The notes beneath the pieces were generated by a model. It worked only from the letters and a program-made list of their open reading frames with translations. It was not told where the DNA came from and did not search any database. The position numbers and the translations under genes are program-made. DNA of 64,000 nt from Syntrophales bacterium (GTDB lineage Bacteria > Desulfobacterota > Syntrophia > Syntrophales > PHBD01), in NCBI GenBank assembly GCA_963668175.1, contig OY764159.1, positions 2,624,001 to 2,688,000 on the forward strand, written 5' to 3'. Positions 30,491 to 40,251 of this stretch are shown here, one piece after another (the stretch's first letter is position 1; each line of letters opens with the position of its first letter).

Positions 30491-30506
30491 TGGCACCTGT
30501 TTTGCA
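30491..30506 (+). promoter_or_regulatory. Sigma-54 promoter
   Basis: TGGCACCTGTTTTGCA; GTCGGAAAACCTGAC box near 30410. Confidence 0.75.
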
Positions 30507-30676
30507 AATATGTGCAACGCGAACTGGAAGCTCAGACGCCGAATAGCGTTTTCTTATAAATTTTTACCGTCCGCATGGAGGGTCGAACCGCCGGCGAATG
30601 CATGCTCCGTCCGCAGGCGGACGAAAGAGGATGAAGATTCGGAAACGACCGTTCCGGCGAGACCGGGAGAGGAACT

Positions 30677-31288
30677 ATGAAAGCTGTCTTTAAATTATTT
30701 ATCTTCGCTTCGTGCGTGATTCTGACGTTCATCGCCGCCGCGGGTCAGGCGGCGCTGGACATGGACCGCTTCGACGAATTCATCGGGGCGCTTACAGCTG
30801 TCGGCGGCGACGTCGAAAAGCATGTCGACATTGCGCAGCCCCGGGGCAGCTTCGAGCCGACCCCTCTTATAGAGAAAGAGCCGGTGCAAACCGACACTGC
30901 GGGTGCTGCGAATCAGACCCCGTCGAATCCCCGCGATGTTTCCCCTCCGCCTGGCGGTCAGGCCGTTCCCGTCAAACGGAGCGCCGAAGGACCGGCCGTC
31001 CGGCTGGCCAACGCCGTTTATACGTCCGGCGAGGAAAGCGAGTTCAGGGGTTTCTTCTCTTCCGACGACGATTTCCTCTATGCCGACGGCAATCCCTACA
31101 AGCCCGAAGGGCAGAGTGGCTGGACAGGTCCCGGCAAGATCGTCTATACGGCGGATCCGCCCGGCGGCGATCCCGGCCCCGCAACGGCGGGAGCGCCCGC
31201 GGCTCAGGTCCCCGAACCCGGGACGATGACGCTTCTCGGGCTGGCCGTGGCCGGCGCAGCGGCGATGCGGAAAAAGTCCATGAGGTGA
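30677..31288 (+). CDS. PEP-CTERM sorting domain protein
   Basis: Signal peptide; VPEP + TM + RKKSMR. Confidence 0.85.
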   Translation: MKAVFKLFIFASCVILTFIAAAGQAALDMDRFDEFIGALTAVGGDVEKHVDIAQPRGSFEPTPLIEKEPVQTDTAGAANQTPSNPRDVSPPPGGQAVPVKRSAEGPAVRLANAVYTSGEESEFRGFFSSDDDFLYADGNPYKPEGQSGWTGPGKIVYTADPPGGDPGPATAGAPAAQVPEPGTMTLLGLAVAGAAAMRKKSMR

Positions 31289-31322
31289 GTCCTCATGGAC
31301 AGACTGCTAAAGTTGATTGTCG

Positions 31323-31362
31323 GGAGAGGGCGGGGCCACGAAGGCCCCGCTCTCTCCGTTTT
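31323..31362 (+). terminator. Rho-independent terminator
   Basis: GGAGAGGGCGGGGCC-acgaa-GGCCCCGCTCTCTCC-gtttt. Confidence 0.7.
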
Positions 31363-31560
31363 CAGGGAAGGCGGCGGCTTGGCGCCTTAAGCCTTCCGAT
31401 TCCCAGGCATGATGGTTTGCGGCGGCATATCCCCGGCATTTCCCCGGAGGATCGGCAGAACGATCTTCATGCGGAGATCGCTCTCTCGCCGCCCGGCAAT
31501 ATTCTTTTCAGATCATTCCGGTTGTCCGGGTCCCGCTCGTCCCGGCGCATGCACCCGGCG

Positions 31561-34500
31561 TTATTTTCCCGTCACCTTCCCGATGGGGAAGTCGTTGGCC
31601 CCCGTCTCGATCATGGGGTTCTGCTGGCGCTTAAAGACCTCCTCGGAAAGCGTCATCACGCGCTCTTCCGTGTGGAGGGCGAGGCCCTTCACCGTGATGA
31701 AGCCGTCCTTCTTGAAGTCCGCCTTGCCCTGGAGCCCCTCCAGCAGCACGTACGTGAAGAGTCCGTGGCCCTTGTAGCCTTCGAGGGCCTGCTGGCTGTC
31801 GGACGAGGCCGAGAAGACCGACGAGCCGACGGCGCGATAGAGGAGCTTGACTGCGGTTGCGTCCGTCAGGCCCCGTGTCTGCGTGAGAAGCGCGAGCTGT
31901 ATCTCCTTGCCGCCCTTGCCGGCGTTGCAGGTGTCGAGGATGACGACCTTCTTCTGGGCCGGGATGCCGCCGATGAGGGCGGCCAGTTCCTTCTGGCCGA
32001 GGGCGTCCTCGGCGAGGCGGTGGGACGACAGGAGCCGGACGTTGCTCGTCAGGAGAAAGTACTGCTCCTCGCCGTTGACGACATCCACGAGGCCGTGGGA
32101 CGCGTCGTAGAAGACGAAGAGGTCGTTGGGCTTCACGATCTTCCGGATGTCTTCGAAGGCCTTCGCGATGGCTTCCTTCGTGGTGGCGTCAGGCGTCGTC
32201 ATCGTCCGGACGTCCGTCTTTCCGAAGAGGGGCGCGGCCGCCTGCTTGAGGGCGGCGGCGAAGGCGACGGCGTCGGGGACGGCGTAGGTCAGGGAAATCG
32301 TCGTGTTTTTGTACGTGTTGATCCCGACGACGATGGCGTAGAGGTCTGCCTTCCGGGCGGCCGCCTGCGACGTGACGACGGCGACGGCCGGGCTCGATTC
32401 CATGGAGTTGTCGCGGTTCCCGGCTATGGCACGGATCTCGTTCGGACCCGCCACGAGCGGCACGGTGAAGGAGATCGTCCTTTCCCGGTCCGTCGTCTTG
32501 CCCTTCACGGCCACGCCCCGCGTGTCGTTGGCGACCTGGGCGCCGTTGAGGTAGATCGTGACCGGGCCGATGCCGCCGCCGGCGTCGGCGATTTTCACGA
32601 CGACCTCGACGCTGTCGCGGTCGGTCGTCGCACGGGCGGCGGGCGACAGGATCGTAACGGCGGGCGCGGGCTTCTGCGAGGCGATGTCCCCGATCTGCTC
32701 GCCCCTGGGAAGTTCTTTCCCCGCGAGGGCCATCTCCACAAGCTCAGGGCGGAAGTATCTCGAATAGAACTGGTCGACGGCGTAGACTTTCGCCCCGACG
32801 CGGACGTTCATGTGCTTCGCGCCGTCGGGCGAGGCGTTGAAGTACCCATCGGGCGTGTAGGCGATCCATTCCCCGTCGACGAAGTTGATGAACCGGACCA
32901 GCTCGCGTCCCGTCGCGATATCCCAAATCCGGCTCACCGCACCGAAGCCGTCGTTCGTGAGGACGAAGCGCGAGTCCGGGGATATCGCCGATCCGTTCAG
33001 GGCGCGGGTGAACGTGACGTTCATTTTCACCCCCTCGAACTGCCGTATCTCCTTGCCCGAGGCGGCGTCCCAGAGGCGGGATACCTCGTCGCCGTGGCAC
33101 CTGGCGAGAATCAGGCGGCCGTCGGCCGACCAGGCGACGGAATCGATGGTGCGCGATTGGTTGCGGGATTGGTCCCGGTACAGGATTTTCACTTCCCTGC
33201 CCGTGTCCGCGTTCCAGATGCGGACCGTCGAGTCCCAGCCGCCGGAGACGAGCGATTTGCCGTCGGGAGACCAGGCGACCGCCGTCGCGTCCTCCTCGTG
33301 TCCGCGCAGGGTTTTAAGCTCGCGTCCGGAGGCCGTGTCCCAGATTCTTATGGTGCCGTCGGTGCCGCACGAGACGAGCCTCTTGCCGTCGGGGCTGAAG
33401 GCGACGTTGTAAACCCCTGTGAATTTCTTGTTGACGTCGCGGGAATCCTTGCGGACGTGCCCGGCGAACGTTTTCAGGAGCGCGCCCGAGGCTGCATCCC
33501 AGAGCTTGACCAGCGCGTCGTTCCCCGCCGAGGCGAGGTAGCGGCCGTCGGGCGACCAGGCGACGGAAAGCGCGCCTTCCTCATGTCCGGGCAGCGACAG
33601 GATTTCCCGCCCGGTATGCGAATCCCAGATGCGCACCGTGTTGTCGAGGCTTGCCGTGGCGATGGCGACTTTCGCCGGGGAAAAGGCCGCCCCGGCGACC
33701 AGCTTCTTGTGTCCGGCGAGGACGGCGACGCGCCTGCCCGCCGCGGTGTCCCAGACGTAGGCGGAGTTGCCGCTCAGCATGGCGGCGGCGTTCCGGTTCG
33801 GGGCGAAGGCCATGTTGGAAATGCTCTCGCCGGTGCCCTCGAAACGCTGCGCTTCGCCTCCGGAGGCCGGGTCCCAGAGGGCGACCTTGCCGAACCGGAT
33901 GAGCAGCAGGCGGCTGTCGGGGGCGAAGACGGCCCTTTCGTATTCCTCCTTCGGGAATATCTTGATGTCCCTGCCCGTCGCCGTGTCGCAGAGCCTGATC
34001 ATGGAGTGGAGGCCGACGACGTCGCCGTCGTGGACGAGGAGTTTCTTTCCGTCGGGGGAGAGGGCGAAGGGGTGCTGCCCCTTCGGCAGGGCCATCGACC
34101 GCAGCAGCCGGCCCGTCGCCGTGTCCCAGACCAGCATCGTCCCGGCCATGTTGCTTGCGGAGACTGCGACAGCGCCGTTTGCGGAAACGGCGAGGAAACT
34201 GACGCTTGCGGTATGCCCGTTGCGGGACCAGATCGTCCTGTCCGTCATGGGGTCCCATAATTCGAGGCCGTTGTCCTCATGACGGGCGGACAGGATCTTG
34301 CCGTCGGGCAGGAATTTGGAATGGAAGGGCGCCGAGCGGGTCAGTTCCCGGAGGACCTTTCCCGTCAGGATGTCCCAGAGCCTGGGCGGTTCGGACTTCA
34401 TCGCCGCCTTGTTGTAGACCTGGGTCAGGGTGTAGCGGCTGCCCGGCGTAATGGTCGTGAAGCCGCCCCCCCTGTAGAAATCGCGGGCAAGCTCGACCCC

Positions 34501-34992
34501 GCCCGTTTTCCGGCCCGTGGCGGTTTCCCATACGGAGATGGGCGAGCTCATGCCGGAGACGGCCAGGTATCTGCCGCCGTCGAGGAAAGCCAAGGATACG
34601 CCCAGCACGCTTCCGTTCGTCTTGACCGCATACAGTTCCCGGCCGGTCGCAATGTCCCATGTCTTGACGGTGTCTCCGTTGACGGCGACGACGTACTTGC
34701 CGTCGGGCGATATGTCGACGACGTCGAGTGTGTTGAAGCCGGGAAACGTCCTGATCTCGCGGCCGCTTGCCGCATCCCACAGCATGATCGTACCGCCGAA
34801 GTCCCCCGTCAGGACGTATCGGCCGTCCTGCGACATGGCGGCCTTGTCGGTCCAGCCGCCCTGCCCGAGTTGGGGATATATCTCCGGTTTCTCGTCGGCG
34901 GGGGCGAATCCGGGCGAAGCGAAAAATAAGGCGAGTGCCGCCAGCGCGGCGCAGGCGATGTGCAGGCGAATACGAATCGATCCTCTTTTCAT
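31561..34992 (-). CDS. Exported WD40-repeat + Ig-like + caspase (peptidase C14) protein
   Basis: Signal peptide, many WD repeats (GH...WD), ASHG and LDTC catalytic dyad; start taken at MKRGS with GGAGG RBS. Confidence 0.9.
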   Translation of the reverse strand: MKRGSIRIRLHIACAALAALALFFASPGFAPADEKPEIYPQLGQGGWTDKAAMSQDGRYVLTGDFGGTIMLWDAASGREIRTFPGFNTLDVVDISPDGKYVVAVNGDTVKTWDIATGRELYAVKTNGSVLGVSLAFLDGGRYLAVSGMSSPISVWETATGRKTGGVELARDFYRGGGFTTITPGSRYTLTQVYNKAAMKSEPPRLWDILTGKVLRELTRSAPFHSKFLPDGKILSARHEDNGLELWDPMTDRTIWSRNGHTASVSFLAVSANGAVAVSASNMAGTMLVWDTATGRLLRSMALPKGQHPFALSPDGKKLLVHDGDVVGLHSMIRLCDTATGRDIKIFPKEEYERAVFAPDSRLLLIRFGKVALWDPASGGEAQRFEGTGESISNMAFAPNRNAAAMLSGNSAYVWDTAAGRRVAVLAGHKKLVAGAAFSPAKVAIATASLDNTVRIWDSHTGREILSLPGHEEGALSVAWSPDGRYLASAGNDALVKLWDAASGALLKTFAGHVRKDSRDVNKKFTGVYNVAFSPDGKRLVSCGTDGTIRIWDTASGRELKTLRGHEEDATAVAWSPDGKSLVSGGWDSTVRIWNADTGREVKILYRDQSRNQSRTIDSVAWSADGRLILARCHGDEVSRLWDAASGKEIRQFEGVKMNVTFTRALNGSAISPDSRFVLTNDGFGAVSRIWDIATGRELVRFINFVDGEWIAYTPDGYFNASPDGAKHMNVRVGAKVYAVDQFYSRYFRPELVEMALAGKELPRGEQIGDIASQKPAPAVTILSPAARATTDRDSVEVVVKIADAGGGIGPVTIYLNGAQVANDTRGVAVKGKTTDRERTISFTVPLVAGPNEIRAIAGNRDNSMESSPAVAVVTSQAAARKADLYAIVVGINTYKNTTISLTYAVPDAVAFAAALKQAAAPLFGKTDVRTMTTPDATTKEAIAKAFEDIRKIVKPNDLFVFYDASHGLVDVVNGEEQYFLLTSNVRLLSSHRLAEDALGQKELAALIGGIPAQKKVVILDTCNAGKGGKEIQLALLTQTRGLTDATAVKLLYRAVGSSVFSASSDSQQALEGYKGHGLFTYVLLEGLQGKADFKKDGFITVKGLALHTEERVMTLSEEVFKRQQNPMIETGANDFPIGKVTGK

Positions 34993-35169
34993 CGTGTCCT
35001 CCGAAACGGTCTTTTTGAAGCGGTGTGAAGGCGTTGAAACGGACCCCATTATTCCGCACGCCGCAACGTATTGCAATCGGTTTTTGGGGCGGGGGGGGAG
35101 GGCAGGGGGTAGAGCAGGGCGGTTCGAGAAGAAAGGCGGAGTTGGAGAGAACGAACGATCAAAATTCCC

Positions 35170-35306
35170 TTGAAATATTATTTAATTGAGAGTATCAGCA
35201 TTCTTACATATTCAATTGCTGAACGATCTATAACCCTATACCTGGAAGGCGCTATGGATTGAAGAATAAAACCCCGTTTCTGAAAAAGAGCGGGGTTTTG
35301 TGTTTT
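35170..35306 (+). ncRNA. Candidate small RNA or terminated leader
   Basis: TTGAAA-N17-TATCAG promoter-like site, about 95 nt, terminator AAAACCCCG...CGGGGTTTT (35268-35299); shares motifs with 13143-13274. Confidence 0.4.
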
Positions 35307-35320
35307 AAAGTCGAGAGAGA

Positions 35321-35343
35321 TTAATAATTAAGTACGCGGCCCC
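35321..35343. repeat. Degenerate cassette-boundary arm
   Basis: TTAATAATTAAGTA (35321-35334) is the exact reverse complement of 36951-36964. Confidence 0.7.
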
Positions 35344-35423
35344 TGACCAGGGGATGGTGCCCCAGACTTTCAAAAAACTTATCATGAATGTCCTTGGAAT
35401 TCGCATTCGACCAGAGGTGAAAA

Positions 35424-36053
35424 ATGACGAGGATTATAATTTTCGTGTTAACACTATTATTCATGCCAACATTGGCTATAACAGCGGGAGAGATCGACAA
35501 TCGACGCTGTGATGAAGCATTTAAGGGATATGTAAAACCTTTACCTGATGAAGTACACATTGGAAAGCTAGGTATTGGTATGCCCGTGGGAAGGTTTCTG
35601 TTGGTTCGAAAAGATAATTTATACTGTGCGATCAGATTTAATAAATATTGGACGGAAAAAGACGGGAAGGAAAAATATTCTTTGTACGAAGTTTACTGCC
35701 AAAGAGACGGTAGCGGAGACTTCTTGAATAAAAATGTTGAATTCAAAGAGAGAAAGGCATCTTTTCTTCCACCGCGTGGTATATTTTATCCGCTCATTTG
35801 GCAGACCGGTACGCCGGAAGTTATCTGCGGCAGCATGAAACTGGTTTGGGATTCAATGTGTGATGTGAATCATGTATGTTTCTTTGAGTTGAGCGATCAT
35901 CCCGCCGGTGAATACGGAATTAAACTGGCCCCGACTCCATGGGCAGACATCAAGGAAGTGAATGTCCATGACGTGCGGATTAGATGGTATAAATATGACG
36001 TATCACGTGAAGAAGTCAATATTCCCGTCGATAAAATATGGAATGGTAAATAA
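35424..36053 (+). CDS. Hypothetical exported protein
   Basis: 209 aa, GAGGTG RBS, signal peptide, AT-rich. Confidence 0.8.
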   Translation: MTRIIIFVLTLLFMPTLAITAGEIDNRRCDEAFKGYVKPLPDEVHIGKLGIGMPVGRFLLVRKDNLYCAIRFNKYWTEKDGKEKYSLYEVYCQRDGSGDFLNKNVEFKERKASFLPPRGIFYPLIWQTGTPEVICGSMKLVWDSMCDVNHVCFFELSDHPAGEYGIKLAPTPWADIKEVNVHDVRIRWYKYDVSREEVNIPVDKIWNGK

Positions 36054-36154
36054 ACCGTATAATCTAATATCTTCCCGAATGGTCGTCCCCGCATTACGAA
36101 TTTCTGCCTTAATTCTCACCGAATCCAGAAATCAGGCGATGACGACTTCCAGCG

Positions 36155-36266
36155 AGTTCGGGGGACAAGACATAGTTCGGGGGAGACATAGTTCGGGGGA
36201 CAGCATACTTATTTGTAGATGGACTTCTGAGAAGAATGAATAATTAAGTATGGTGTCCCCGGAATT
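36155..36266. repeat. REP-like element: three AGTTCGGGGGA direct repeats plus a 25-bp inverted repeat
   Basis: AGTTCGGGGGA at 36155, 36174 and 36190; 36190-36214 matches the reverse complement of 36242-36266 at 21/25. Confidence 0.85.
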
Positions 36267-36376
36267 GAGCAAAAGCGGCGCAGCCGATCCGGTGCTCGAT
36301 GCGACACTTTCACCACCCGGGCTAGCTTATTGAAATATGATGTCCCACCAGAGTTATTCTAAGCACGAGATATATT

Positions 36377-36854
36377 GTGAATCGACCGATCAAAATTAAA
36401 GTTCCCCCTTTTGCCGATGATCAGTTGGCTGGTGGAAGATATATTTGGCCTATTCCTTTTTTATCATTTATGGTTGGCGCATGCAGAAGTAGCATAACCA
36501 TCGAAGATGGTATTTTGTCCTATAAAGAATCTTGTTCCGCCACATCTCCGGCAAAATCATTTAATTTAAACGATATTTCCAAGTTATTGGTTGTTAGAAC
36601 CAACAATTCAATTGGCTTCACAAAAGAATTTCGGTTAGACAAAAAAAGCCTCTTTCGCGCAACGCATAATTTGGAGTGAAGGCGTGTTCGTAGTCAATAA
36701 GGATGGAGAAAGACAGATTTTAATACCTTCATTCGTCAATACCGGTAAAAATATCTGTATCTGTCTTAACTGGCGATGGGAGATATTTTTAAATAAATTG
36801 AAAATGTCCACTGGTTTACCGCTAGAAATAATTGATGTGCAAGACAGGGCATGA
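36377..36854 (+). pseudogene. Hypothetical protein frameshifted at an A7 tract (36641-36647)
   Basis: Removing one A extends the ORF through DKKASFAQRIIWSEGV...LPLEIIDVQDRA* to 36854. Confidence 0.6.
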
Positions 36855-36934
36855 TGTGAATGACTATTTGTTAGGGCGTACAAATATTCCGCTGGTTCGT
36901 CTAATGTAAACCAAGGAGGGTGTAGATGCGTCCG

Positions 36935-36964
36935 AGTTCGGGGGACACCTTACTTAATTATTAA
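36935..36964. repeat. Cassette-boundary arm
   Basis: AGTTCGGGGGACACCTTACTTAATT matches the reverse complement of 36242-36266 at 22/25. Confidence 0.85.
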
Positions 36965-37006
36965 GGAATTTGATCTCAATAGACCTGTGCGAGTTCGCCG
37001 GCGTCT

Positions 37007-37801
37007 CTATGGTTCCCGGAATTCGATCTTCGGTTGTATTTCGGTCATCGCATAGCGAACAAAATGCTCCCCCAGCGGCGTCAATTCAAAATAATCCTCA
37101 TCGTCGAAGGCTGTTCTCGCTGTTGCCGTGTCGCTTCTTCTATGGGTCTGCTCGCTTTCCGGAACGGGATTGCCGTAATAATCCGTATCGCGATGCTGTG
37201 CGATGATCCCGCCCATGCTCAGGTCCCGTATTAACAGCTTGAACAGGTCGCCATCCACGGAATCCTCGCGAACGAAGCCTTGCCCGATCTGTTTCCATAT
37301 GCCTGCCCGGGTTATGCCGTTGCTGTCGTGGACCGCGACGATGACTTTTAAATGAAGATCGGAGTATCGACCGATCCAGTCGAGAAAAAGCCGGATGACA
37401 TCGTCGCTGGTCTTGTCCGTTGCCGCCGCATTCGCCAGGACGTTTCTGATGATATCCCTTTTCCCCCGGCTCTCCGCTCCCGCCCAATCCCGAAACGATT
37501 TCCGCAGAAGAGACCTATACGCCTCGCTGTCCAGCCTTTTTACGACTTTTTCATCCTGGAAATCGAGCCGCGTCATGATGTCGATGAAGATTTCCTTTTT
37601 TTCCGCGAGTTCATCCCTCATCATTCGCGTCCAGTGCTCCATAAAACGTTCGACTTTTTCCCGGTCTGTTTCGGACCAGGCGCCGGCGACGGCGGATAAA
37701 GGATCGCCTGCCGACGGAACGGCACTTGCCGCGCCCGGCGAAGTTCCACGGTTTTCCGAAAACGGCGTTTCTTCCGAATAAATCTTTTTTGTATCCGGCA
37801 T
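37007..37801 (-). CDS. Conserved hypothetical helical protein
   Basis: About 264 aa, AAGGAG RBS; winged-helix-like C-terminus (ELTPLGEHFV). Confidence 0.72.
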   Translation of the reverse strand: MPDTKKIYSEETPFSENRGTSPGAASAVPSAGDPLSAVAGAWSETDREKVERFMEHWTRMMRDELAEKKEIFIDIMTRLDFQDEKVVKRLDSEAYRSLLRKSFRDWAGAESRGKRDIIRNVLANAAATDKTSDDVIRLFLDWIGRYSDLHLKVIVAVHDSNGITRAGIWKQIGQGFVREDSVDGDLFKLLIRDLSMGGIIAQHRDTDYYGNPVPESEQTHRRSDTATARTAFDDEDYFELTPLGEHFVRYAMTEIQPKIEFREP

Positions 37802-38273
37802 CATGACTCCTTGCGGCAAAGGCGTTCCGTACGTTTAGAAACGGGAAGAATGGGAGCGGGGAAAGCAATCGGGACGCAGTATGGAAACGTGCATCGATTC
37901 TTCACGCTCGAAATGTATCATGCGCCCCTAAACGTTCATATCGTCGCATAGCGGCCGAGCGTTGGCAACCTTTTATTTCCAACAGGAAATCATGGTCGCA
38001 ATTCCAATGGTTGGATATGTTCCCGGGGACACCCCTTGTTCAGGGAGCGCGTCCCTGGTCGTCCAGTGGGGCGGTACTTCATGATTGAGGGCTTTAATAT
38101 CGACCTGGGCATTTGTTTGAGACGGTTCTGTAAGGCCGGAAACCCGATTGATGCAAAGAGAGATCGATCGTGAAGGATGGTTTCCCGAGAATTCACACAT
38201 CCAGCCCGCCACGGACCGGAATAAACCGTGGGCGGGAGGGGATGGCACCTTCCCCTCCCGCCTGTCGCGGTTA

Positions 38274-39953
38274 TCAGGCGTCGAAGTTCCGGAACGGTTC
38301 CTGCCGTGGGGCCGGTTCTTCCGGAAAGGGAAGGGCTCCCTGAAAAAACGGAGCATCCTCTCCCACTCCCTCTTTCGCGCCTGCCGACGGGGCTTCCTTT
38401 TCACGGCCGTCCGCTTCCGGCAGCGCCGGCCGGTCTTTTCTTTCCTTGCCGTCGGCGATGAGGGCGGCGGCTGCTCCCGCGCCGAGAGCCGGGCCGCGTG
38501 CCCCTTTCCCCTTCCCGTCGATCAGGGTCGCGAGGTCTTCCACGTAGCCTTTCACCTGCATGGCCTGGGCGCTCATCTCCTCGGAGGCGCTGGCCGATTC
38601 CTCGGCGTTGGCCGCCGTGAACTGCGTCAGCTTCTCCATCTCGGCGACGGCCTTGTTGATCTGGTCGATGCCCTGGGCCTGTTCGCCGGAGGCGGCGGCG
38701 ACTTCGTCGACGATCACGGCGACCTTGCCCGCCAGCTCGACGTTGTGCCGGAAGGCCTCCTGCGTGACCTTCGTCAGGTCGTGGCCGCGCTTCACGTTCT
38801 TAAGGGTCGTTTCGATCAGGCTGCTCGTGCTCTTGGCCGCCTCGGCCGACCGCATGGCGAGGCTCCTCACTTCGCCCGCCACGACGGCGAACCCCGCGCC
38901 CTTCTCCCCGGCGCGCGCCGCCTCCACCGCCGCATTCAGCGCGAGCAGGTTCGTCTGGAAGGCGATGGCGTCGATGGTCTTCACGATCTTGCCCGTCTCC
39001 TCGCTCGACTTCATGGCCTCCGTAATGGCCTCGGACATGTTGCCGATGTGCCGGTCCACGTCCGTGACGATCCCCTTGACTTCCGTCATCATGGACTTGG
39101 CCTTCATGGCGTTGTCGGCGTTCAGCTTCGTCATGGAGGCAAGCTGGTCCGTCGAGGCGGACGTCTCTTCCAGGGAGGCGGCCTGTTCGGACGCGCCTTC
39201 CGCCAGGGCCTGGCTCGATTCGGCCACCTGGGACGACCCGGCGGCCACCTGCTCGGCCCCGTCGGAGAGGCCGGCGATGATGCCGTGGAGCGACCGGCTG
39301 ATGGAAACGCTCAAAGCGATGCCGAAGGTGAGACCCAGGGCGAAGCCGACGACCGTGAGGCCCGTCATTGAAAAGAGGCTCGTCTTGAAGAGGCTCGCAT
39401 TGTCCGCGTTGATCTCACGGGCGTTCTCTTCCTGGAGCCTCGTCACCTCTTCCAGGATATTGCCCACGGCGGCGACCTTCTCCTGCCCCGTCCCCCCGGA
39501 AAGGTCGCTTGAGAGCCGTTTCTCCGCCGGCGCTTCGTTCTTGGCGAGGTCGATCACCTGCTTGTGGACGGGCTCCCATTCGGCGATGGCGAGAGACAGG
39601 CTCGTCATGAGGGCCTTGCCCTTCTCCGTCTGGAAGAACGGCCGGGCCTTCTGAATATTCTCCTTGAAGGATTCCAGGCTGCGCTTGCTGCGGGCGAGGT
39701 ACTGGTTCCGCTGGTCCTGCGTCGAGGCGAGGAGGGCGCTCTTCTCCGCGGACGTGGCGAGCAAAAGGTCGATGTACGCCGCCTTGGCGGACGAGAGGCA
39801 TTTCAATTCCTTCTCGTACATGCCGAGGGCCTTGTTGTTGATGCTTCTCATGTTCATGATGCCGATGGCCCCGACGGCGACCGTCAGCGTCGAGACGATG
39901 GCGAAGGCCGCAATCAGCTTCGTTTTGAGGGATATTCTGCCGAGTAGTTGCAT
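38274..39953 (-). CDS. Methyl-accepting chemotaxis protein (4HB sensor)
   Basis: Two TM helices; [31 protein letters not shown] signature. Confidence 0.95.
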   Translation of the reverse strand: MQLLGRISLKTKLIAAFAIVSTLTVAVGAIGIMNMRSINNKALGMYEKELKCLSSAKAAYIDLLLATSAEKSALLASTQDQRNQYLARSKRSLESFKENIQKARPFFQTEKGKALMTSLSLAIAEWEPVHKQVIDLAKNEAPAEKRLSSDLSGGTGQEKVAAVGNILEEVTRLQEENAREINADNASLFKTSLFSMTGLTVVGFALGLTFGIALSVSISRSLHGIIAGLSDGAEQVAAGSSQVAESSQALAEGASEQAASLEETSASTDQLASMTKLNADNAMKAKSMMTEVKGIVTDVDRHIGNMSEAITEAMKSSEETGKIVKTIDAIAFQTNLLALNAAVEAARAGEKGAGFAVVAGEVRSLAMRSAEAAKSTSSLIETTLKNVKRGHDLTKVTQEAFRHNVELAGKVAVIVDEVAAASGEQAQGIDQINKAVAEMEKLTQFTAANAEESASASEEMSAQAMQVKGYVEDLATLIDGKGKGARGPALGAGAAAALIADGKERKDRPALPEADGREKEAPSAGAKEGVGEDAPFFQGALPFPEEPAPRQEPFRNFDA

Positions 39954-40251
39954 AAGTCACACTCCGTGAGGGGGATATACGTCATAGGGGGTCGGCGTCC
40001 CGTGCACGGGCGCATGACAGGCGGGAAACGGATCACGGTATGACGATGTAATACTACAATGGGGGCGACACCATTGTCAACCGATTTGTATGCAGACGCC
40101 GCCGCCGAAGGAAAGACCTGCCAGCGACATTAACTATATGAATTAAAAGGCGATATCACGGATAGGCGCTGCGGATGGGGAAGGGGATTTTGGGAAAAAG
40201 GATCGGCGGAAGCAAATTTATGGAAAAATTTTCATCCTTATGTGAGCGATG

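Noticed and set aside
30712..34260. 1182-aa + strand ORF and similar long antisense ORFs (1474..4014, 28022..30064, 46913..48436, 53950..55542, 60987..62945)
   Set aside because: Shadow frames of GC-rich genes with clear motifs on the opposite strand or frame; no recognisable domains.
36062..36165. Integron attC site ending in GTTCGGG
   Set aside because: A CCCGAAT/GTTCGGG pair exists, but there are no complementary L boxes at the correct spacing and no intI gene.
36155..36266. CRISPR array
   Set aside because: The repeats are 11 nt with 5-8 nt gaps and form inverted arms; there are no unique spacers and no cas genes.
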